Shown one piece after another: positions 31,247 to 40,145 of a stretch of 64,000 nucleotides of DNA. Under the pieces are notes generated by a model, which saw nothing but the letters and a program-made list of their open reading frames with translations, did not search any database and was not told where the DNA came from. Origin of the DNA: Patescibacteria group bacterium. GTDB taxonomy: Bacteria > Patescibacteriota > UBA1384 > XYA2-FULL-43-10 > 1-14-0-10-43-13. Location of the stretch: NCBI GenBank assembly GCA_041649155.1, contig JBAZNP010000001.1, positions 302,564 to 366,563 on the forward strand. The letters run 5' to 3'. Position numbers and translations under genes: made by a program. Position 1 is the first letter of the stretch, and every line of letters starts with the position of its first letter.

Positions 31247-31948
31247 TCACTCAGTAACAGCGAATTTTTTGACGAGGTGCCTGTTTAGCATCTCACCAGT
31301 TTCAAAACCGGCCATTTTGGCCAATTCATCGAGAATCTCTGAGGCGATCCTCTCCTGAGCTTTAATATAAGTCTCGCCAAGTAAGTCTTGACCCTCCGTA
31401 AGTAACCACGGATAACGCTCCCTTAACCCTTCGATGCGGTCTCGAAGCATGACTACCTCTGTTCCATCGTTTCCGCCGCAGAGATCATCTGCTACGTGAA
31501 AGATCTTCTCCTCGATAGTGGCGCCACACTGATTGAAGTAGTTAAGTGAGGCATGTCCAGACAGAGCTGACATCCGTGTGATCTTTGGGTTAATCCCGAT
31601 CTCATGTAGCCACGCCGTTTGCTCTTCGGCTGCCTGTGTGAAAGCAGCACATTTCTCCATACCGCTGGCGATCAACTCTTCAGCTCTTGCTCTCTCTACT
31701 TTCTTCTTTGCGTCATGAAGTATGGCAGCGAGGACGATATTACTCGAGTCGATTTGCGCCTCCATTGCAAGTGCCTCAGCGACCTCTGCTACTCTTACAC
31801 AGTGACGAGGAACATTGTTCCAGTCCGGATCTCCGAGAAGACCCGATTTCATCATTGCCCCAAAAGCCAGATCTTTTCCCTCTGCTGTGAGGCAGAGAAG
31901 GTTGAGTCGGTCAATATACCACTCATAATCGTCGAACAGCTTTCCCAA
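31247..31948 (-). CDS. HD-domain phosphohydrolase (GC-rich island)
   Basis: H..HD motif (AILHDAKK), helical protein of 233 aa. Composition is ~50% GC. Confidence 0.5.
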   Translation of the reverse strand: MGKLFDDYEWYIDRLNLLCLTAEGKDLAFGAMMKSGLLGDPDWNNVPRHCVRVAEVAEALAMEAQIDSSNIVLAAILHDAKKKVERARAEELIASGMEKCAAFTQAAEEQTAWLHEIGINPKITRMSALSGHASLNYFNQCGATIEEKIFHVADDLCGGNDGTEVVMLRDRIEGLRERYPWLLTEGQDLLGETYIKAQERIASEILDELAKMAGFETGEMLNRHLVKKFAVTE

Positions 31949-32020
31949 TTTACTTTCCTCTCTTTCGCTTGTGTTGCCACTCTCTATTATGGGCTTATGC
32001 TTGTACCATGTAACAAAACC

Positions 32021-32572
32021 TTAAATGTGTTGCTGGTGCCTGAGACTCAAAACCGCCTGGGCGCACTGCTTCACCGCTCCATGGAATTCACCTTCTAAGA
32101 TTTCTTTGGGCGAAGCCCATTGGGCTTCACTGTATTCATTGTTGTGTGCGATCGCATTTTTCTCAGAATCGCTGATTATCGCAAACATGACAATCGAAAT
32201 GGCATGTGTCCCATTTTCCTGCGGAGATTGAGCTCTCTTGCTCCAAACAGTGGAAAAAACTGTCAGAAAACTAAATCTCTCTGGAGCAATGTCCAAATTC
32301 AGCTCCCTTTTGGCGTTCCTCTGCGCTGTCTCTTCAAAACTCTCTCCTGGCCGCATCCTGCCGCCAATGATCCACCAGTCCTTCTGAGGAAACTGGTCTC
32401 TTTTGCCCAGCAGGATCTTACCGTCGTTAACAAGAACAAGATCGACACAGGATATCACCAAGGAGTCCAGTGCTCTCCCATATTCCCTAGCTCTCATAAA
32501 ACGAAAACGAGATATAAAACCGTTCTCAATGTAGTGACCAATTTTTACACATACTACATTTACTATGTTCAC
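32021..32572 (-). CDS. NUDIX hydrolase (GC-rich island)
   Basis: Nudix box GGRMRPGESFEETAQRNAKRELNL. The true start is probably the internal M at ~32497. Confidence 0.75.
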   Translation of the reverse strand: MNIVNVVCVKIGHYIENGFISRFRFMRAREYGRALDSLVISCVDLVLVNDGKILLGKRDQFPQKDWWIIGGRMRPGESFEETAQRNAKRELNLDIAPERFSFLTVFSTVWSKRAQSPQENGTHAISIVMFAIISDSEKNAIAHNNEYSEAQWASPKEILEGEFHGAVKQCAQAVLSLRHQQHI

Positions 32573-32663
32573 GTAAAATCACCCGCCCTTGTTTGTATTT
32601 CCGCACGATCGCGGACTTATCCATATACCATAAAAGTGTTAAATTGTCAAAGATTTTCTTGAC

Positions 32664-32700
32664 AACTAGCGTCAAATATGTAAATATATTGAGTCCACAT
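32664..32700 (+). promoter_or_regulatory. Putative promoter with inverted-repeat operator TTGACAACTAGCGTCAA
   Basis: TTGACA followed at 17 nt by an A/T-rich -10 hexamer, overlapping a 5-7-5 inverted repeat. GGAGGAG RBS before the ATG at 32719. Confidence 0.3.
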
Positions 32701-32718
32701 CGGACGAGGAGGAGCATA

Positions 32719-33141
32719 ATGCCAATACCGGGAGTAAAAGTAGAAATCAATCCTGCTAACCACTCCGATGAACGTCGGAATATTATCGTGGTTAGCAACA
32801 GTTCAACCAACGATATCCCAGTAGGCCAAGTGAAGGTGCTAGTGATCAATCAGAAAGGAGGCGCTTGGCTTGGAGGAGAACGCGGACATTACCATGAGTA
32901 CGCAGAGACGTACACAGTCGCAAAGGGTACGGTCACTTTCTACCTTCAGTATGTCGATCAGCCAGAGATGCGACAAGTCGTAGAAGTCTATGAAGGAGAG
33001 AGGTTGACCATTCCCCAGCATGTAGCCCACAAAGTCTGGGCGCAGGAAAACGCTATATTCGTTGGCATTACGGAGCATCCCTATCTTGGGTCAGACCAAG
33101 ACATCTCCTTTGAGGTCCAGGCTACCGATGCTGACCGCTAG
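32719..33141 (+). CDS. Cupin/WxcM-like small beta-barrel protein, possible sugar ketoisomerase
   Basis: 140 aa beginning MPIPGVKVEINP with a strong RBS. His-containing beta-strand pattern. Low-confidence function. Confidence 0.4.
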   Translation: MPIPGVKVEINPANHSDERRNIIVVSNSSTNDIPVGQVKVLVINQKGGAWLGGERGHYHEYAETYTVAKGTVTFYLQYVDQPEMRQVVEVYEGERLTIPQHVAHKVWAQENAIFVGITEHPYLGSDQDISFEVQATDADR

Positions 33142-33165
33142 ACGGTAGCACCTCAACACCAGTGA

Positions 33166-33216
33166 GGCCACCAGTTCAACCATTAATAATGTGTTGCGGT
33201 GGCCTTTTCTCTTTTT
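33166..33216 (+). terminator. Putative intrinsic terminator
   Basis: GGCCACC...GGTGGCC stem with a large loop, followed by TTTTCTCTTTTTC. Confidence 0.4.
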
Positions 33217-33281
33217 CAGATATTTATTGAATACTTAGCGCCAATTTGATATCTTTTAATCATATAAATAAAGGAGTCTAT

Positions 33282-34166
33282 ATGAAAGGTATTATTTTAG
33301 CTGGTGGGAGCGGTACCCGTCTCTATCCAATGACAATGGCAATGAGTAAGCAGCTTTTGCCGGTATACGACAAGCCAATGGTTTATTATCCTCTTTCTGT
33401 TCTTATGCTGGCTGGCATTAAAGATATCTTAATAATTTCAACTCCTCACGATCTGCCAAATTTTAAAAAATTATTAGGCAATGGTTCAAATTATGGAATC
33501 AACCTTTCCTATGCCGAGCAACCTTCTCCAGACGGATTAGCCCAAGCTTTTCTAATCGGCGAAGAATTCATCGGAGATGATGATGTTGCCTTAATTTTAG
33601 GTGATAATATTCTCTACGGTAGTGGCTTAACCGGTCTTTTAAAAGAGGCCGTTGAAAATAAGGGCCGCGCTACAATTTTCGGATATTATGTAAACGATCC
33701 GGAGCGATTTGGTATTGTAGAGTTCGATAAATCCGGTAAAGTTTTGTCAGTCGAGGAGAAGCCAACCGATCCAAAAAGCAACTACTGCATTATCGGCCTG
33801 TATTTTTATGATAACAAGGCTGTGCAGAATGCTAAAAAAGTTAAACCGAGCAACCGTGGAGAACTGGAAATCACAGCGCTAAATCAAATCTACCTGGACG
33901 AGGGCAAACTTGATGTTAAATTACTTGGACGTGGCTTTGCATGGCTCGACACTGGAACAGTTGACTCTTTGGTGCAAGCCAATGAATTCATACGAATTGT
34001 TGAAGAAAGACAAAATGTAAAGGTTGCGGCTCTTGAAGAAATTGCCTACAACAACGAATGGATTTCAAGAGAAGAATTGCTTGAAGCTGCAGACCGATAT
34101 GGTAAATCACCTTACGGCGCATATCTTAAAAAAGTGGCCGAAGGCAAAGCCCAAATTACACAGTAG
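33282..34166 (+). CDS. rmlA: Glucose-1-phosphate thymidylyltransferase
   Basis: [18 protein letters not shown] is the canonical RmlA N-terminus. Confidence 0.9.
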   Translation: MKGIILAGGSGTRLYPMTMAMSKQLLPVYDKPMVYYPLSVLMLAGIKDILIISTPHDLPNFKKLLGNGSNYGINLSYAEQPSPDGLAQAFLIGEEFIGDDDVALILGDNILYGSGLTGLLKEAVENKGRATIFGYYVNDPERFGIVEFDKSGKVLSVEEKPTDPKSNYCIIGLYFYDNKAVQNAKKVKPSNRGELEITALNQIYLDEGKLDVKLLGRGFAWLDTGTVDSLVQANEFIRIVEERQNVKVAALEEIAYNNEWISREELLEAADRYGKSPYGAYLKKVAEGKAQITQ

Positions 34167-34181
34167 AATTGAGGAATGTTT

Positions 34182-34727
34182 ATGAAAATTGAAAAGACAA
34201 AATTGGATGGTGTTTTTATTATAGAGCCAGACGTTTTCGGAGATGATCGCGGCTGGTTTACAGAATCTTACAATAAACAAAGATTGAGAGATTTTGGGAT
34301 TGACATTGATTTCGTGCAAGACAATCACTCTTTCAGCTCTCAAAAAGGAACTCTGCGTGGACTTCATTTTCAAAATAGTCCTCACGCACAATCCAAACTT
34401 ATCAGATGCACAAAAGGAGAAGTACTTGACGTTGCAGTTGATATACGAAAAGAATCCTCTACTTACAAACAATGGATTTCCGTTGAACTAACAGAAAAAA
34501 ACAATAAGCAACTCTTTATACCAAAAGGGTTCGCTCATGGATTTATCACGCTCACAGACAATGTTGAATTTCAATACAAAGTTGATGAATATTATAACAA
34601 GGAAGCCGATCGAAGCATTCTATATGACGATCCCGAAATTGATATCGATTGGCAACTAGATGATTTAATACTGTCCGACAAAGATAAAGATGCGCCTTTG
34701 CTTAAGGACAGTGATTGTAATTTTTAG
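34182..34727 (+). CDS. rmlC: dTDP-4-dehydrorhamnose 3,5-epimerase
   Basis: RmlC cupin motifs: FIIEPDVFGDDRGWF...RGLHFQ. Confidence 0.85.
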   Translation: MKIEKTKLDGVFIIEPDVFGDDRGWFTESYNKQRLRDFGIDIDFVQDNHSFSSQKGTLRGLHFQNSPHAQSKLIRCTKGEVLDVAVDIRKESSTYKQWISVELTEKNNKQLFIPKGFAHGFITLTDNVEFQYKVDEYYNKEADRSILYDDPEIDIDWQLDDLILSDKDKDAPLLKDSDCNF

Positions 34728-34736
34728 GAGAAAATA

Positions 34737-35750
34737 ATGAAAATCTTAGTTACCGGCGGTGCCGGATTTATTGGTTCAAACTTTATTCTTCACATGATGA
34801 AGAAATATCCCGACTACAAAATAGTTAATTTGGATAAGTTAACTTACGCTGGAAATCTGGATAACTTAAAGTCTGTTGAAAATAATCCAAATTATACTTT
34901 TATCCATGGAGATATTTGCAATCGGGATACAGTCGAAAAAGCAATGGATGGGTGCGATATGGTCGCTCACTTTGCAGCCGAATCACACGTTGACCGTTCA
35001 ATCACCGGACCGGCAATTTTTGTTGAAACAAACGTGATAGGAACTCAGGTTTTGCTTGACGTTGCCAAAGAAAAGAAGATTAAGCGTTTTCACCATGTAT
35101 CGACGGACGAGGTATTTGGAACACTCCCTTTGGATAATCCTGAAAATAAGTTTAACGAGAGCACTCCATATCAACCACACTCACCCTACTCCGCTTCAAA
35201 AGCAGGATCAGATCATATCGTTCGCGCTTATTTTGACACTTACGAATTGCCCGTAACCATTTCAAACTGCACTAATAATTACGGGCTTTACCATTTTCCG
35301 GAAAAAGCAATTCCCCTCTTCATTACAAATGCGATGCAGGACAAGCCGCTGCCAATTTACGGCTCAGGAAAAGCAATCAGGGATTACTTATTCGTGACCG
35401 ATCATTGCGAGGCAATAGATTTAATTATGCACAAAGGTAAAGTCGGCGAAACATATTGCGTCGGTGGCGATTCCGAGAAAAACGGTATCGAAGTAGCTGA
35501 TACTGTTTTGAAGTTATTAGAAAAGCCGCTATCCTTAAAAACATATGTGGAAGACCGCAAAGGCCACGATATGCGCTATGCTATGGACCACTCAAAAATC
35601 ACACGGGAATTGGGCTGGAAACCATCTGTGACCTTTGATGAAGGTATTAGAATTACTATTGAATGGTATAAAATGAACGAGGGCTGGTGGAAAAATATTG
35701 TTTCAGGAGAATATCTAGACGCCAACCGAGAACAAGCAAACAATAAATAA
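34737..35750 (+). CDS. rmlB: dTDP-glucose 4,6-dehydratase
   Basis: MKILVTGGAGFIGSNF...YSASK. Confidence 0.9.
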   Translation: MKILVTGGAGFIGSNFILHMMKKYPDYKIVNLDKLTYAGNLDNLKSVENNPNYTFIHGDICNRDTVEKAMDGCDMVAHFAAESHVDRSITGPAIFVETNVIGTQVLLDVAKEKKIKRFHHVSTDEVFGTLPLDNPENKFNESTPYQPHSPYSASKAGSDHIVRAYFDTYELPVTISNCTNNYGLYHFPEKAIPLFITNAMQDKPLPIYGSGKAIRDYLFVTDHCEAIDLIMHKGKVGETYCVGGDSEKNGIEVADTVLKLLEKPLSLKTYVEDRKGHDMRYAMDHSKITRELGWKPSVTFDEGIRITIEWYKMNEGWWKNIVSGEYLDANREQANNK

Positions 35751-35813
35751 TTTTAGCTATTTATTGTATTATCATTTCGACTCCTTGGCTTTGTCCAAGG
35801 GTGGAGAAATCTT

Positions 35814-36590
35814 ATGAATAAATTAACCTATAAAAGATCCCTCCACTCCGGTCGGGATGACACATTTATGAAAAAAATATTACTTGGCCTGACCACAACT
35901 CCCGGTTCTGATTGGCGAGAAAAAGTTAAAGAAATTGACGAACTTGGTATTAAGGAAATTGCATTGTTTCCGACTTTTTTAAAACACGAGGAAAGGAAAA
36001 TTCTTTACAACCTTCTTGAGAAATCTAAAATTAAATTAATTCCACATGTTCACATAAGAACAGACATGGACGTCGAAGAAGTGATTTATCTGAAAGAAAG
36101 ATTCGGTTCATATTTATTTAATACGCATGCCAATCCTGAATGGATAAATAAAATACTTGAATATAAAAAGGCCAATCTTAAAATCTTTTTGGAGAATACT
36201 AGTTTATTGTGCCTACAAGAGATTGAAAAACACATTAGAGAAGTGGACGGCCTCTGTTTGGATTACTCTCATTGGAAAAGCAAAAAGCTATTGAGAGAAG
36301 AAGACTATGATTTACTAATGAAAAGACTAGTCGATCATAATAAAATCGGCTGTTGCCACATATCGGCAATCTACAATAAACCAAAAGAAATGAGCTGGAG
36401 CACCGAAAGTCCTCATTACTCTGGGCATTACATGTATAAATTATCTGATCTGGATTACATGAAAAGTTATGTGCAATACTTGCCAGAAATTATTAGCATT
36501 GAGCTTGAAAATTCATTTGAGGAGCAGTTAAAGGCAAAAGAATATGTTGAAAAGCTGATAACAATGAACGGTCAGAAGCAACCTATTTAA
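35814..36590 (+). CDS. Hypothetical protein, possibly a TIM-barrel sugar-modifying enzyme, inserted in the rml operon
   Basis: 258-aa ORF. Likely start is MKKILLGL at 35868. No recognisable motif. Confidence 0.4.
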   Translation: MNKLTYKRSLHSGRDDTFMKKILLGLTTTPGSDWREKVKEIDELGIKEIALFPTFLKHEERKILYNLLEKSKIKLIPHVHIRTDMDVEEVIYLKERFGSYLFNTHANPEWINKILEYKKANLKIFLENTSLLCLQEIEKHIREVDGLCLDYSHWKSKKLLREEDYDLLMKRLVDHNKIGCCHISAIYNKPKEMSWSTESPHYSGHYMYKLSDLDYMKSYVQYLPEIISIELENSFEEQLKAKEYVEKLITMNGQKQPI

Positions 36591-36593
36591 TGT

Positions 36594-36621
36594 GTCATCC
36601 CAGACTTGATCTGGGATCCAG
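36594..36621. repeat. Family-A palindromic repeat unit (GTCATCCCAGA-CTTGA-TCTGGGATCCAG)
   Basis: Hairpin with an 8-bp stem. Same unit type as 61900, 44305 and 45315. Confidence 0.7.
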
Positions 36622-36624
36622 AAT

Positions 36625-36942
36625 ATGAAAAATTACTTTGTCTATATCCTGACAAGCAGAAGAAACGGCACATTATATATTGGCGTTACGAATAATTTAA
36701 TTAGAAGAGTTTGGGAACACAAAGAAAAATTAGTTGATGGTTTTACAAAAAAGTATGACATTAATAAATTGGTTTATTATGAAATGACCACGGATATTGA
36801 AGCAGCAATTAGCAGAGAGAAACTGTTAAAATCTTGGAATAGAAAGTGGAAAATGGAATTAATTGAGAAGGTAAATCCAAACTGGAATGATTTATATGAT
36901 GAATTGGTAAATACTGGATCCTCGGGTCAAGCCCGAGGATGA
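36625..36942 (+). CDS. GIY-YIG nuclease family protein (UPF0213/YhbQ-like)
   Basis: YFVYILTSRRNGTLYIGVTNNLIRRVWEHK is the GIY-YIG motif. The last 9 codons are encoded by the flanking palindromic repeat. Confidence 0.8.
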   Translation: MKNYFVYILTSRRNGTLYIGVTNNLIRRVWEHKEKLVDGFTKKYDINKLVYYEMTTDIEAAISREKLLKSWNRKWKMELIEKVNPNWNDLYDELVNTGSSGQARG

Positions 36943-36943
36943 C
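36916..36943. repeat. Family-A palindromic repeat unit, inverted orientation (GGATCCTCGGG-TCAAG-CCCGAGGATGAC)
   Basis: Its reverse complement differs by 1 nt from the unit at 44305-44332. Confidence 0.7.
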
Positions 36944-36985
36944 GAAGTGGAGTTTATGATGACGATATAAAAAAGGAGTTAAACC

Positions 36986-37864
36986 ATGAAACAAAAAGTC
37001 TTAGTTACCGGCGCTAAAGGCCAGCTTGGTAAGAAAATAATAGAAATGCTGGGCAATGATTATGAATTAGTTCTAACAGATTCAGAGGAGATGGATATTA
37101 CCGATAAAGAGAAGGTTTTTGAGGTTATTAGCGAAGTAAAACCTGACTTTATAATTCATGGAGCCGCATATACCAGAGTAGATGATGCAGAGGAAAAAAT
37201 CGATTTATGTCGCAAGATTAATGCCGAGGGATCAAAAAACGTCGCTCTTGCAGCCGAAGCAAATCATACAACATTGTTGTATATTTCAACCGATTTTGTG
37301 TTTGATGGAAAGAAAAAAGCTCCTTACACCGAAGAAGATGAGACTAATCCAGAGTCAATTTACGCAAAAACAAAATTGGAAGGCGAAAATTATGTCAGAG
37401 AATATTGTTCAAAATATTATATCTTCAGAACTGCATGGCTTTTTGGTGAGTTACCGGAAGGTCATCCTGGCACCAATTTCGTAGAAGCAATGCTTAAACT
37501 AGCATCGGAAAGAGATTCTTTAAATGTGGTAAGTGATCAAATCGGATCGCCAACATATACAGGAGATCTGGTTGCTGCAATGAAAAAAATTATCGAGAGT
37601 GATAATAGAGCTCCTTACGGAATTTATCATGTTTCAGGAATCGGAGAGGCTTCGTGGTTTGATTTCGCCAAAGAAATATTTAAACAGACAGATACTCAAA
37701 TCGACCTGAAACCAATTTTTTCCGATCAATATCCACAAAAAGCAAAACGACCTTCGTACTCATATTTAGACAAATCCAAGATAGAAAAGGCGCTAGACAT
37801 CAAAATTCGCCCCTGGCAAGAAATGCTACACGATTATTTACATAATCGGCTCAAAAATGAATAA
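36986..37864 (+). CDS. rmlD: dTDP-4-dehydrorhamnose reductase
   Basis: MKQKVLVTGAKGQLG, 292 aa, RmlD family. Confidence 0.85.
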   Translation: MKQKVLVTGAKGQLGKKIIEMLGNDYELVLTDSEEMDITDKEKVFEVISEVKPDFIIHGAAYTRVDDAEEKIDLCRKINAEGSKNVALAAEANHTTLLYISTDFVFDGKKKAPYTEEDETNPESIYAKTKLEGENYVREYCSKYYIFRTAWLFGELPEGHPGTNFVEAMLKLASERDSLNVVSDQIGSPTYTGDLVAAMKKIIESDNRAPYGIYHVSGIGEASWFDFAKEIFKQTDTQIDLKPIFSDQYPQKAKRPSYSYLDKSKIEKALDIKIRPWQEMLHDYLHNRLKNE

Positions 37865-37961
37865 CTAATTTACCGAATGACTAATAAGCTAATTATTCAA
37901 ATATTAGTAAATTCTCTATTAGAATAATTCGCCATCCATTCTTGAAAAAATAGCCTCAAGG

Positions 37962-38432
37962 CTATTTTTTGTATGTCCAAAGCTTGTTAGCGAAGAAATT
38001 CCAGAAAATGGCTGCTGCTGAAGCAGCTACTAAAGGATAAAAATCCTGAGCGCTAATCGTCTTGCCAAGAAGGGCAATATCATTGAACGTAAAGTTATTT
38101 AGGAAATATCTAAATACAAAATAGTTCACTCCCCAGCCAATCAAGCTAACAACTATAAATTTGATAAAAATTTTGCCAGTTTCACTCACTTTGTCTTTCT
38201 TTACGCCAACACTTTTTTGATATTCTTTTTTAAAAGTCCAGATAGTATTCCATAAATATGAATTAAGAACCGCCACCGCAAAGGAAATTGCTTTTACCGT
38301 TGGTTTCGCGCTTGACTGTGTAATGATATAACCGGCAACAATGTAATAGACTATCCAGTCAACCGCAGTATTGGAGACACCGACTATTCCGAACTTTATA
38401 AATTGAACTATTCCCTCGCTTTTTTTCTCCAT
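37962..38432 (-). CDS. GtrA family membrane protein
   Basis: FIKFGIVGVSNTAVDWIVYY N-terminus with 4 TM helices. Confidence 0.7.
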   Translation of the reverse strand: MEKKSEGIVQFIKFGIVGVSNTAVDWIVYYIVAGYIITQSSAKPTVKAISFAVAVLNSYLWNTIWTFKKEYQKSVGVKKDKVSETGKIFIKFIVVSLIGWGVNYFVFRYFLNNFTFNDIALLGKTISAQDFYPLVAASAAAIFWNFFANKLWTYKK

Positions 38433-38551
38433 TTTTCTCCCTTGCTTAATATTAATTACATTTTATACTAAAATAAGAGACAATAAAACGCCGGATTTGA
38501 CGTCAGTAATGTTTTCAATATACAATCTAAGTAGCTAAACGGAGGAGAATT

Positions 38552-39307
38552 ATGCTTGATGTTAAAATCGAGAAAATTTTGCCGGTAACTGAAGCAAGAG
38601 ATTCTTTTAATAAGTTGATTGATGAGGTGGAAAGCAGCGACGAACTTTATGTATTAACAAAAAACGGCAAGCCTGCTGCCGTATTAGTAGGCGTACATCA
38701 TTTAGAAAAATTAACCGGAACAAGCGAGGAGGAATTAATGGATCAAACAAATCAAAATGCAGCCAGTGATGCAAATGCAGTGCCTGTCACAACAGATGAC
38801 ACCACGCAAACAATAAGTGCTACACCGGCAACCGACATGCCAGAGCAATCAACGGAGGAGGCAACTCCCCCTATAGTTCCTGCGGTCGAAGAAAATAATT
38901 CGGCAATGCCTTTACAATCCGCTATGACAAATAACTCTGCAGAGGAAACCGCTCCTTTAACATCGGCAGCGCCAATTGAAAATATTGCTGCTGAAACTCC
39001 GATCACTGAACCGCAAACATCAGGAGCTACTGCTGATCCTTTGAGCAGTATTAATCAAACTGCTAGTGAGGCGACAACAGCACCTGCTAATAATGCCCCC
39101 GTCGAAGATCCGCTTGATTTTTTAAGCGATAATTCTGACCCGATATCACTAGCCTCAGAAGGTCCTGTATCGGCTCCCGATGCCGCAATGAGCGCTCCAG
39201 CTGCAATGCCAACCGAGGCGCCAGCAGCAACAGAACCAGCACCGGCAGCCCCTGTTCCAACCACAGAAACACCGGCTAATCCGACAACTCCCCCGATTGG
39301 TCAGTAG
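38552..39307 (+). CDS. Phd/YefM antitoxin-like N-domain fused to a ~190-aa Ala/Pro/Thr/Glu-rich disordered tail
   Basis: N-terminal ILPVTEARDSFNKLIDEVESSDELYVLTKNGKPAAVLVGVHHLEKL matches the Phd/YefM fold signature. The remainder is low complexity. Confidence 0.55.
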   Translation: MLDVKIEKILPVTEARDSFNKLIDEVESSDELYVLTKNGKPAAVLVGVHHLEKLTGTSEEELMDQTNQNAASDANAVPVTTDDTTQTISATPATDMPEQSTEEATPPIVPAVEENNSAMPLQSAMTNNSAEETAPLTSAAPIENIAAETPITEPQTSGATADPLSSINQTASEATTAPANNAPVEDPLDFLSDNSDPISLASEGPVSAPDAAMSAPAAMPTEAPAATEPAPAAPVPTTETPANPTTPPIGQ

Positions 39308-39336
39308 TTTGTAGTAAGTATTAAGAGATATAATTT

Positions 39337-39366
39337 AAAAACCTTCGGTGATCCGAAGGTTTTTAA
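39337..39366. terminator. Bidirectional intrinsic terminator AAAAACCTTCGG-TGAT-CCGAAGGTTTTT
   Basis: Perfect 12-bp stem flanked by A and T runs, lying between convergent genes. Confidence 0.75.
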
Positions 39367-39505
39367 ATTAGAAGAGATAAGAGACAAATAGAAATTAATT
39401 TTTAAATCCTAATTTCTAATGTCAAACAAAATATCAAATGCTTAAATAATTTAGAAATTTGGAATTTAGATTTTTGTTTGTAATTTGTTATTTGGATTTT
39501 GAAAT

Positions 39506-40138
39506 TTAACTAGTTGTTGCTTCTTTTTTTGTGTGTTTGATATGTCTTAATACAAATAAAACCACGCAAGCAACAACAAGTATTCCAATGGCCATGTCAA
39601 AATTATGCAACTTTTCCCGTATCAGTTCCCAATTATTGCCCATCTTTATTCCTAACCAAGCAAAAAGTGCAGTCCAAGGCAAAGCACCCAAAGTCGTGTA
39701 AATTGAAAATCTTTTTACATCCATTTTTGATATGCCGGCCGGAAAAGAAATGTAGGTTCGGACAACTGGCAAAAGTCTTCCAAAGAAAACAGTCAGATCA
39801 CCATATTTTGCGAACCATCTGTCAGCCAGATCAAGATCGTGTTTTGAAATTAAAATATATTTACCATATTTTTCAATTAATGGACGACCACCTTTGTAAC
39901 CAATCCAATAAGCCAGAAGAGAGCCAGCTAAATTACCCAGAGTTCCCATTACAACAATTAGCCAGAAAAGCATTTTTCCGTCAGCAACCAAAAAACCGGA
40001 AAAAGGCATAATCACTTCTGAAGGCATTGGAATTCCGCAAGATTCAAGCATCATCAAAAGAAAAATACCCGGATATCCAAGAATTCCGATTGTGTGAACT
40101 ACAAACTGCGCTAGAATATCGATAATGTCTGTAACCAT
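39506..40138 (-). CDS. DedA/SNARE-associated family membrane protein
   Basis: GYPGIFLLMMLESCGIPMPSE motif. Confidence 0.8.
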   Translation of the reverse strand: MVTDIIDILAQFVVHTIGILGYPGIFLLMMLESCGIPMPSEVIMPFSGFLVADGKMLFWLIVVMGTLGNLAGSLLAYWIGYKGGRPLIEKYGKYILISKHDLDLADRWFAKYGDLTVFFGRLLPVVRTYISFPAGISKMDVKRFSIYTTLGALPWTALFAWLGIKMGNNWELIREKLHNFDMAIGILVVACVVLFVLRHIKHTKKEATTS

Positions 40139-40145
40139 TGTTCTC

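Noticed and set aside
31619-32662. Plus-strand ORFs 31619..32098, 31687..31890, 32025..32231 and 32120..32662 in the GC-rich island.
   Set aside because: They overlap, antisense, the HD and NUDIX genes. Those genes have clear family motifs (the H..HD motif and the Nudix box). The elevated GC of the island reduces stop-codon frequency in the wrong frames.
38752-39272. Minus-strand ORFs 38752..39006, 39055..39264 and 39087..39272.
   Set aside because: They are antisense to the low-complexity Ala/Pro/Thr-rich tail of the Phd-domain gene. GC-rich low-complexity coding sequence generates long spurious ORFs on the opposite strand.
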